Below, one piece after another: positions 41,047 to 48,820 of a DNA stretch of 50,888 nt (its first letter is position 1; each line of letters begins with the position of its first letter). A program made the translations under genes and the position numbers. The notes below the pieces were generated by a model, which was given only the letters and a program-made list of their open reading frames with translations, was not told where the DNA came from and ran no database searches. Location: positions 1 to 50,888 of the IMG/VR virus record IMGVR_UViG_3300049828_000581; one strand, 5' to 3'. The DNA is from a virus. Lineage: Duplodnaviria > Caudoviricetes.

Positions 41047-41594
41047 TGAGTAATCAAAGACTTTTAGAAGAGCGTCTGCTTTGGGCAGATCTTGAAACCA
41101 CGGGACTTCATGCGCACACTCACGACATACTGGAGATTGGGCTGGTAGTCACTAATGGTGAGCTAAACGTTATTGACCAGTTTTCATCTCCTGTACAACA
41201 ATCACCCGAAGCTCTTGAGAAGATGGACGTTTTTGTAAAAAACATGCACACCGTATCAGGGCTTATTGATATGGTTAAATCAGCTCCGGACCTATTTACG
41301 GTCGAAAACCAGGCTATAGAATTCGTTTCCAATTACTTTGGTATGAAAAAACCTCCTTTACATGGCAGCACCATTGGTTTTGATCAGAGGTTTCTTCTCC
41401 AGCACATGTCTCGTTTAACTAATTTGTTACACTACAGGGTTGTTGATGTATCATCTTTCAAGGAAAGCTTAAGATTGTATTCACCTGAAGTGGTTCTGGC
41501 GAAAGCTCAGTGGTCTGCCCATAGAGCAATAGATGATATTCTGGTATCCATTGAAGAGTATAGAAATTACCTCAAATTCCTGAAATTACTCTAA
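41046..41594 (+). CDS. orn: Oligoribonuclease (DEDDh)
   Basis: LLWADLETTGL, ILEI, MHT.SGL, FD.RFL..HM, LHYRVVDVSS.KE, HRA.DDI..SIEE. Confidence 0.92.
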   Translation: MSNQRLLEERLLWADLETTGLHAHTHDILEIGLVVTNGELNVIDQFSSPVQQSPEALEKMDVFVKNMHTVSGLIDMVKSAPDLFTVENQAIEFVSNYFGMKKPPLHGSTIGFDQRFLLQHMSRLTNLLHYRVVDVSSFKESLRLYSPEVVLAKAQWSAHRAIDDILVSIEEYRNYLKFLKLL

Positions 41595-41611
41595 AAATAA
41601 GGAGGTGTTTA

Positions 41612-41857
41612 TCACCTCTTTTTCACGCAATCCACACAAAGATATCTATCAGAAACATCCCCACCGTAAGCGTATGTATCATAATCATCAAGGCATAAGA
41701 GCTTCATACACATGTCGCACTCAACGTGACTTTCGGCCCACTCTTCGTGGCATCCTGAGCACCTAAATCTATACTCATCCGGCATATTACCAAAGATCTT
41801 TCTATCGATGTGTTGCGTGTTCATGCACCACTGACAGTCTTCCTTGTTTTTAACCAT
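41612..41857 (-). CDS. Cys-rich Zn-binding small protein
   Basis: Four CxxC pairs. Confidence 0.65.
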   Translation of the reverse strand: MVKNKEDCQWCMNTQHIDRKIFGNMPDEYRFRCSGCHEEWAESHVECDMCMKLLCLDDYDTYAYGGDVSDRYLCVDCVKKR

Positions 41858-42249
41858 TTCAGCTCTCCGTTGTTATACATTTTTAATATTTTGTTTCCGT
41901 ACCTATTAGCAGCTCTTTCCCATGGTCTTTTGCTGTGCGGCACAGTCATCTCTATCTTTTCCACTGGAAGCCCTTTGTAATATTCAGGGCCACTCAACCA
42001 TGTGAACACACCCCTCTCGTATTGGTAGTGGTGGTATGTTTCATGGGCGATGGTTTGGATTAGTAGCTGACGGTTCTTTCTTTTTAAAAGCCATGGATCA
42101 AGGTGGATCTCGCGCAGATGTGGGTAATACATGCCAACATTCTTGGCCGGCAACTCAATAACCTTAACAATGCAACGAAAAATGCCGAGCCTGTTGCACA
42201 GGTCGGCGTGAAAGTGGAGTAAAAAACGAACCCGATGCACGAAGGTCAC
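41821..42249 (-). CDS. HExxH zincin metallopeptidase-like protein
   Basis: TIAHETYHHYQ...RPWERAA. Confidence 0.8.
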   Translation of the reverse strand: MTFVHRVRFLLHFHADLCNRLGIFRCIVKVIELPAKNVGMYYPHLREIHLDPWLLKRKNRQLLIQTIAHETYHHYQYERGVFTWLSGPEYYKGLPVEKIEMTVPHSKRPWERAANRYGNKILKMYNNGELKWLKTRKTVSGA

Positions 42250-42920
42250 CCCCTTAGTTTATTCACGGTGCTACCAATGTATTCACCCTCGATGGCAAAG
42301 ATTCCAAAACCATCAGAGTATAATATAGCCGGACCATTCTCATTGTGAGCAACATACTGATTGAGACCCGTATCACCAATTTTCTCATCAGTTTCTATTA
42401 CATGGAGTTCGACCGGCTTTTCAACCACAATGGCGTGCTCATCACATAACCATAACCAACCAACAAGATTAACTAATTCATTGTATGGCATAGTCCGGTC
42501 AGTCTCGGATCTATAATGAAGTTCATCCCGAAAAAACATGAAAAATTGGCGCCAACTAACGTCATTTTGACCAATCAATGCATTATCGACCGAGGTATCC
42601 GGGAATTCATCCAGCACAGCGCGCGGGGATTTGCGAAAGTGCACCTCATCGGATGGCGGCATGTTATTTAACTCTCGGTGCTTTTTGATCAAATCACGGA
42701 CCACCTGCTCATCAAACGGTTGGTGCGTTTTCGTGGTCATTTTGATCCCGTCGCGCACATAGTCAATGGTTTTTCGTATCTGATCATCGGTGAGTGGTGT
42801 AATCTGCGGCGCTGGGTAACCACCAACCTCTTGCTGAGCGACGATCTCTTCAGCCTTAGCAACTCCATCGTTTGACATATTATTTTCTTCGTTTGACATA
42901 TTATTTTCTTCGTTTGACAT
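42246..42920 (-). CDS. DUF6745-like phage protein
   Basis: W.W....AIVVEKP...HNENGPAILYSDGF.IFAI.G. Confidence 0.65.
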   Translation of the reverse strand: MSNEENNMSNEENNMSNDGVAKAEEIVAQQEVGGYPAPQITPLTDDQIRKTIDYVRDGIKMTTKTHQPFDEQVVRDLIKKHRELNNMPPSDEVHFRKSPRAVLDEFPDTSVDNALIGQNDVSWRQFFMFFRDELHYRSETDRTMPYNELVNLVGWLWLCDEHAIVVEKPVELHVIETDEKIGDTGLNQYVAHNENGPAILYSDGFGIFAIEGEYIGSTVNKLRG

Positions 42921-42925
42921 ATTAT
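42868..42925. repeat. 21-bp tandem repeat, about 2.7 copies
   Basis: TCGTTTGACATATTATTTTCT repeated; encodes MSNEENN. Confidence 0.9.
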
Positions 42926-42940
42926 CTCCTTTGGTTTTGA

Positions 42941-43738
42941 TTATTTAGATGCTGCTGGAATCTGAATAAAAGGAGCGGATCCTCCACCGATCATGTATTG
43001 GGGCAGCACCCCATTCCATCGTTTCACAGCCTCGAACTCAATCAGGCTTTTGCTTTTAGCCAGCGCCTCGGTTTGGATCTGAATGGCTTCAGCCTCAGCT
43101 TTTGCCTGTATAATTCGCTGGTTAGCTTGCTCAGATATTTCCACGGTTTTATTCTTGGCTTCAGCCGCTTTTTGTATTGCAACAACCTTATCTTCAACAG
43201 CTTTTTCATACTTATCGTCGAAGTCTATGTTGGTAAAGTTTACCGCAGTAATAATAATACCGTATCCAGAGGCGGTTGCTTCTATATGTTTTTTAACTTG
43301 CTCCCGCACAACCTCTCTTTTGGAGATAAGCTCATCCGCTATGAACTGACCAACAATATCCTTAGCTGCCGAAGTAACAAGTGGCGAAAGTATAACTTCG
43401 TTCCAGTTATGTAGCACTTTGGAGTATAATTCCACCGCCTTATTGGGGCTAACCGCTGCGTTAATTGTTATTGTTATTTCAGCTATTTGCGTATCCTTGG
43501 TGTATGAGGGAGTTTTGATGTCAAAGCGCTGTTCTTTGACATCAAATTTTTCCACATCGGTGGAGAAAGGGTTATAGAAGTGTATACCGGGGTTTAGAGG
43601 CTGGTCTTGCACTTCTTTCCAGACGCGAGCGATCCCTACAGAACCGGTCTCGATCTGTGTACAGCTAAATGCAAGAGTTATGAGAAATGTAAGAATGAGG
43701 ATTCCAGTGAGTACTAATTTTCCTAAATGTTTTTCCAT
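42941..43738 (-). CDS. SPFH / prohibitin (band 7) membrane protein
   Basis: N-terminal TM, PG.HF.NPF, A+ELI.KRE, AVE.KV.A.Q.A, AKAEAEA, RWNG.LP. Confidence 0.92.
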   Translation of the reverse strand: MEKHLGKLVLTGILILTFLITLAFSCTQIETGSVGIARVWKEVQDQPLNPGIHFYNPFSTDVEKFDVKEQRFDIKTPSYTKDTQIAEITITINAAVSPNKAVELYSKVLHNWNEVILSPLVTSAAKDIVGQFIADELISKREVVREQVKKHIEATASGYGIIITAVNFTNIDFDDKYEKAVEDKVVAIQKAAEAKNKTVEISEQANQRIIQAKAEAEAIQIQTEALAKSKSLIEFEAVKRWNGVLPQYMIGGGSAPFIQIPAASK

Positions 43739-43772
43739 GTTTAAGATCCTTTCGTGAAACCTATTAACACAC

Positions 43773-43799
43773 TTATCGGACGAAACTAAAATAACTTGA
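43773..43799 (-). promoter_or_regulatory. Sigma-28-like promoter
   Basis: Minus strand TCAAGTTA-N11-TCCGATAA upstream of the SPFH gene. Confidence 0.65.
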
Positions 43800-43829
43800 G
43801 TGTTTTGTCAGAAAAAGATAATATAACAC

Positions 43830-44081
43830 ATGGGTTCAAAAAGGAAGCGAAAAATGAGCAAACCAAAGAAATCAAAACAAATCAGACCTTTAGGGCATGT
43901 ATTATTGGATATGGAGCCATTTTTTGAAGAATTACTAAATGATCACGATTTACAGTGGGGTGATGTATTAGGTTTAGTTTATTTTTATTTGCAGGTTCAT
44001 TATCCGAAAGCAAGAGAAGAGTATGAATCGGGCGGACACCCGGAGATGTACTACGGGCCGCCCAACAAGAAAGGTCACTAA
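43830..44081 (+). CDS. Hypothetical protein
   Basis: ORF; no recognised motif. Confidence 0.6.
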   Translation: MGSKRKRKMSKPKKSKQIRPLGHVLLDMEPFFEELLNDHDLQWGDVLGLVYFYLQVHYPKAREEYESGGHPEMYYGPPNKKGH

Positions 44082-44092
44082 ATCACAAAGTA

Positions 44093-44848
44093 TTAAACAA
44101 ACACTTTTCGGATGTAGGTATTTATCGCTGTTTTAGCTACTTGGTCGTTGTCACTCTTGGATAATTCAACAAGTGTCTCTAGGTCTGTGCTTAGATTAGA
44201 GGCAACCGAGTAAGCAGTATATATATGCTCTGACCGAGATAGGTTTCTTAGAATTTCTAACGGAGTATTGCGGTTTGCAGCAACAGCTTGGACAATATAC
44301 TGATCCTTGTCTTTGGATAATTCAAGTAAAATATCTTCTGAGGTGTTAGGATTACCAGCAACAGCGTCACGAACCTCAAAATAACCATCAGTAGATAGTT
44401 TTTGTAATATTTGTTGTGACGTGTTTGGGTTAGATGCTACATAACAACGTACCATGGAGTCCGCGTCCGTAGCAAGCTCCTTAAGTATTTCATCTGTGGT
44501 ATTAGAGTGAAATGCTACAGATCGTCGGCATCCAGGCGCACTGTCGTGCATTAGTGTTTTGAGTATTTCCAAAGTGGCACCTGGGTTTGTCGCTACGTTC
44601 TCGCGCACTGGATCCCCAGGATCTGAAGCTAATGATTGGAGTATACTTATCGGTGTATTTGGGTTTACAGCTACCCTAGATCGCACCAATTCAGATTCAT
44701 GCGTTGATAACAGCTCTAAAACATCAGTCGGTGTATTATTGTGAGCAGCGATCGCTGCATAAGTGAATATGCCGTCCCAGAATTGCGCTAAAAACTCAGT
44801 AGCCCGTAGCGATAATTGTTCTTGATTGGTTTTTTCTGTGTTATCCAC
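44093..44848 (-). CDS. LRV/HEAT-like repeat protein
   Basis: About eight 24-aa repeats, VR..VA.NPNT...IL..L..D. Confidence 0.88.
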   Translation of the reverse strand: MDNTEKTNQEQLSLRATEFLAQFWDGIFTYAAIAAHNNTPTDVLELLSTHESELVRSRVAVNPNTPISILQSLASDPGDPVRENVATNPGATLEILKTLMHDSAPGCRRSVAFHSNTTDEILKELATDADSMVRCYVASNPNTSQQILQKLSTDGYFEVRDAVAGNPNTSEDILLELSKDKDQYIVQAVAANRNTPLEILRNLSRSEHIYTAYSVASNLSTDLETLVELSKSDNDQVAKTAINTYIRKVFV

Positions 44849-44892
44849 GATATGCTCCTTTGTTATACATTTTGGTGATACTTTTGTATTGT

Positions 44893-45140
44893 ATTAAAAT
44901 AGGTGTCCGACCTATGTTTTACACCTCAGGGACGGACTTTTCTCGGCGTCAAGTGCCGGATGCGACCCCGGCCAGATGGACTTTGGAGCAACGTCTTCTC
45001 GAGTCCATCAGTTTAGCTCTCCCGTTTCCGGGCATATTGCGCTTTCACCCGTGTGTCTCCTGCGCTCTGTTTTCGCTCCTGATGTATTACCATTTTGGAG
45101 AGTCGTCACTTTGCACTGCTTCCCACACCGACCTAATTAC
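44893..45140 (-). ncRNA. Candidate structured ncRNA or leader RNA (about 245 nt)
   Basis: GC-richer intergenic stretch with hairpins (44975-45009; CCCG-GAAA-CGGG at 45021-45032), bounded by a sigma-70 promoter and a hairpin plus T-run. Confidence 0.5.
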
Positions 45141-45146
45141 TTAACC

Positions 45147-45174
45147 AATGTATCACAGTTTGTAATATTGTCAA
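45147..45174 (-). promoter_or_regulatory. Sigma-70-type promoter
   Basis: Minus strand TTGACA-N16-TACATT with an extended TGn. Confidence 0.6.
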
Positions 45175-45266
45175 GTGGAAAGGCGGCGAATGGTAAAATA
45201 AAACAGTAGTGTATTGGTTTGTTTTTGTGCAATAAACAGTAACAAATAACGTAAGGTGCTGAAATC

Positions 45267-46397
45267 ATGGCAGATATCGATTCCCAATTACCGATTAGGT
45301 CGATACAGGATGCGGACGAAAGAGTCCAGATAAAGATTATGGACTATTCCGACCCAACAGGTGTCAATAAGCAGGCTCAGGTTTCGGATAACGCCCTTCA
45401 CGTAAAGACCGTTGGTCAGCAAGTTGGCGGTGGAACTGAAGTTTTACTTCTGTCTGAATTGGGCGCAGCTGTAATTGATGGCATTTACCACGCAACCAAC
45501 AATACAAATCCTAGCAATATCGGTATCATAGGTCATGCGAGAGCTGCCTCTCCGGCGGACACAGATCAAACCATCCGAATCACATCGGCTAACCCAAACT
45601 CTGATAACGTTGCTCCTGCGAACATCCACGCGCTGGACACCAACAGTTTTATGATGGGTTTTGACGGCACCAACTGGGATCGTATAACTGCTACCTCTGG
45701 CGCACTAAACGTCAATGTTACTAATGCCTTATCTATTAATATTGATGGCGTTTATGATGTTGGTACGAACCCAACCCCGGATAGCGCTGGCTCCATATTT
45801 CACACGCGTGCCGCTACTCCTGATGAAACTAATCAGACATTTCGGTCTACTGGAGCGACACCATCCTCTGATAACGTCTCCCCATCAAACGTTCATGCCC
45901 TCGATGTTAACAGCTTTGGCATGGTTTACGACGGCACCAACTGGGATCGCTTACTTGGCTTTGGTGGAAAAGCCGGCGTAGCTTTGTTTGATGAGGCAGG
46001 AAACGCCTTTACCATCAGTAACCCCTTGCCAGTTCAGATGAGTAATAACCCTGGAACTGACGTTACTGATTATAAAGCCGCAGTAGCAGTCGCAGCTGCA
46101 GCCTCTGATAACCATGACTATACCGTCACTGCTTTAAACACCTTGTCAATGACTCGAATAATTGGTTCTAGCTCCGGTAAGGCTAAAATGGTGGTTCAAA
46201 TTGAGACAGGTGTAGCAACTAACGTATTTACCACTTATGCCACGCTTTTTAACTCAACAGCCAATCCTAATATGGAATGGGAAGTTAATCCAACCCGTGA
46301 AGTAGCAGCTGGTGTGCGGGTAAGGGTTGTAATGACGAATAAAGATAATCAAGCCGCTGACCTTTACAGTACCATCCAAGGATATGAATTTACTTAA
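45267..46397 (+). CDS. Probable virion/tail-associated protein with an internal duplication of about 70 aa
   Basis: IDG.Y...HALD.NSF...DGTNWDR occurs twice; A/T/N/S-rich. Confidence 0.7.
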   Translation: MADIDSQLPIRSIQDADERVQIKIMDYSDPTGVNKQAQVSDNALHVKTVGQQVGGGTEVLLLSELGAAVIDGIYHATNNTNPSNIGIIGHARAASPADTDQTIRITSANPNSDNVAPANIHALDTNSFMMGFDGTNWDRITATSGALNVNVTNALSINIDGVYDVGTNPTPDSAGSIFHTRAATPDETNQTFRSTGATPSSDNVSPSNVHALDVNSFGMVYDGTNWDRLLGFGGKAGVALFDEAGNAFTISNPLPVQMSNNPGTDVTDYKAAVAVAAAASDNHDYTVTALNTLSMTRIIGSSSGKAKMVVQIETGVATNVFTTYATLFNSTANPNMEWEVNPTREVAAGVRVRVVMTNKDNQAADLYSTIQGYEFT

Positions 46398-46420
46398 GTT
46401 TGCGTCATAACCTAGACTTT

Positions 46421-46459
46421 AACCCTCTGTTGTAGTAATATAATACACAGGGGGTTTTT
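46421..46459 (+). terminator. Rho-independent terminator
   Basis: AACCCTCTGT...ACAGGGGGTT-TTT. Confidence 0.65.
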
Positions 46460-46522
46460 ACGTTAAAAGCTCTGTAATCATTGTAAAATATACTTAACAG
46501 TAAATATAATGAAGGCAAAAAA

Positions 46523-46924
46523 ATGGCTGATTTAACGGATTTACAAGCAGCCCAAACCGTAAAAATAGCTGGTTCTGACTCCAGCGGGATCGAAACTGGG
46601 TACATCAAATCCACACTCAACGGTGATATACAATCCGCTGATACGCTGGTTTCCGGTGGCGTGTACGGATCGATTGTTGTGGGCACAAGCGCTGTTGAGG
46701 TTAAGGTCGGTGGCTCTAGGTACGCTAACAGAAAATTAGTAACACTAGATAATACATCCAATGTTGTTATATATTGGGGGTATAACAACTCTATTACAAC
46801 GTCATCATACGCGGGCAGGATCTTTAAAGATCAGCAAGTCATGTGGGCAGCTTCTGACGCAGTTGCAATTTGGATTATAACTGGTTCTGCCAGTAATACA
46901 GTTCGAATAAGCGAGGGAGCGTAA
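46523..46924 (+). CDS. Probable virion protein
   Basis: Beta-rich; in the structural block. Confidence 0.65.
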   Translation: MADLTDLQAAQTVKIAGSDSSGIETGYIKSTLNGDIQSADTLVSGGVYGSIVVGTSAVEVKVGGSRYANRKLVTLDNTSNVVIYWGYNNSITTSSYAGRIFKDQQVMWAASDAVAIWIITGSASNTVRISEGA

Positions 46925-47415
46925 TGGCGAGCGTTCTTTTTAATATCTCTCCGGTCGCAAGGCAGATACCTTTTGATAACTCTGTTAATGGTTTTGTTTC
47001 TGATAACACCCAGGGCGCAATTGAAGAGGTTGATCAAAAAATTATCACGAGTGCCAGCCCTGGGTTTTCTTTTGGACGGAGTTCTGTAACTAATGCCGGC
47101 ACTTATTTACAAAATGAGACGGTACCGTCAAATATATCTGGACGTTGGGTGTATATTAACAATGCTACCGTGGTGAATGTGTATGTAACCAATGAATTAA
47201 CAACTACTTTTTCCATCACTGTTTCGTACCACAACGGTAATGGCGCCGGTGAAACGGATTTGGGCACCGTTGTTATTACATCGGCGAAAGGCGGTGCCGT
47301 GCCTGTTAGTTGGCCGGTACCAACCAATACGCAAATAGCGGTAAAAGTTGCTTTAAGCACAGCTAACAGCCCTAAAAACATAGTTGTTGGTTTAGCATTG
47401 AGTGGTACTAATTAA
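46924..47415 (+). CDS. Probable virion/tail protein
   Basis: FDNS.NGF.SDN.Q.AIEE motif typical of fibre-associated proteins. Confidence 0.65.
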   Translation: MASVLFNISPVARQIPFDNSVNGFVSDNTQGAIEEVDQKIITSASPGFSFGRSSVTNAGTYLQNETVPSNISGRWVYINNATVVNVYVTNELTTTFSITVSYHNGNGAGETDLGTVVITSAKGGAVPVSWPVPTNTQIAVKVALSTANSPKNIVVGLALSGTN

Positions 47416-48332
47416 TGATTAGAAAGAGAGTACGAAAGTATAACAAAGAGAGTATTGATTGTATAATTGCCAGCAAATGCTGTTCGGTTGAGTACAAGGA
47501 CTCTTACGTAGCAGCAGGTAAATACATATTCACGGACGCAGAGTACGGTGAGTTTACAGCGCGTTTAAGTCATATGATATACCGAAACAAGAAGCATCCG
47601 CTTAGATCCGCCAAAGACAAAAAGCTAAAAGCGCAAAAGTTTAAGAGTGCACAAGAAATTAATGATATCTTAATAAGCAATAGAAGGCACTGTCGATTGC
47701 TGGCTAAGGAGATTGGTTCCATGAGTGATAAGTATTTATTCATGGACAGTGAATATGGTGAGTTTTTGGCCTCTGTAGAAAGTGTTTTGAATAATCATGA
47801 TCACCCAAAACGAGGGAGACAAAAAGCAAAAAGCACAATCAAGGAGCGGTACGGAGTAGAATATTATTCACAACATCCAGACCACATCAAGAAATGCAAA
47901 GACACATACAACAAGCGATACGGTGTTGACCACAATATGCGCCATAAAGATTCAGCGCTGGTGAATGCCAGATCACGCAATGAACACGAAACCGTAACTC
48001 ACTGGAAGACCGGCGAGGAGTGCGTATGTATCGGGTCATACGAAAGCTCGGTTGTAAAATACTTTAATTATTACAAAATTGAGTATATATGGTAGCCTAA
48101 AACTTTTGCGTTGCCGGATGGGAGTAGCTACCGACCGGACGTGTTTTTAATCACTGAGCAGAAATATGTTGAAATTAAAGGGTGGATGAGGGATGATGCA
48201 AAACTAAAGTGGGATCAGTTTTTGGAGATTCACCCTGATTCAGAGCTGTGGACTTTGGATGTTTTACGCAGCATGGGACTTAAACAAGGCAGGAACGGCA
48301 AATTGTTTTTTGACGCTGAGGCGATAAAATGA
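47415..48332 (+). pseudogene. Homing-endonuclease-like gene (PD-(D/E)XK) with an in-frame TAG at 48093-48095
   Basis: IEYIW*PKTFALPDGSSYRPDVFL...YVEIKGW continues in frame; N-terminal repeats KY.F.D.EYGEF...HP and T...RYGV. Confidence 0.8.
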
Positions 48333-48820
48333 ATAAAATCTTAAAAAACACAACAATTAGCACGATTTTCGTTCTTGATACCGGCGTTAGTATACCTGGT
48401 GGTTTTTCATACGAAATACCGCAAATGGATTATTTACTGTGGGCCTCTAGCACAGAAGTTGTTCCGTTAATAACCTCCGGAGATTTGATAGTTAACAACG
48501 GCTCGGTTGACTTATCAGCGTCGGATGGTGTAAGGTATCTACAGTATCCTGAGCGTATTACAATTAAGGATAATGGGTCAAACACCAGTTTTGTAACTTC
48601 TGAGTTAGACTTTACAGGATCCGTCTCTGTTACAAACTCTGGAAACGGTAAGGCAACTATTCAGGTAAACGGCTCATCATCGTCAGTGCCGTGTCTAAGG
48701 GAAGTTCAGTTTGTGTTACTTGGTGGTTCTATCCCAGTTAACACGGAAAGTAATCTTCTTTTTGAGCCAGATCCGACAAACAGTGTGATTAAATTTATGC
48801 GCGAAGAGGTGATTTCGTGA
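48329..48820 (+). CDS. Probable virion/tail protein
   Basis: Beta-rich; LDFTGSVSVT motif; precedes the fibre gene. Confidence 0.65.
   Translation: MNKILKNTTISTIFVLDTGVSIPGGFSYEIPQMDYLLWASSTEVVPLITSGDLIVNNGSVDLSASDGVRYLQYPERITIKDNGSNTSFVTSELDFTGSVSVTNSGNGKATIQVNGSSSSVPCLREVQFVLLGGSIPVNTESNLLFEPDPTNSVIKFMREEVIS

Noticed and set aside
44893-45140. RNase P RNA, cobalamin riboswitch or tRNA identity for the structured region
   Set aside because: Only short partial resemblances (GAAAAAGTCC, GGGAAGCAGTGCAAA) were found, in the wrong order or context, and there is no cloverleaf.
44860-45209. ORFs 44860-45144 and 44976-45209
   Set aside because: They have no RBS and atypical composition, and they overlap the hairpin-rich candidate RNA on the opposite strand.
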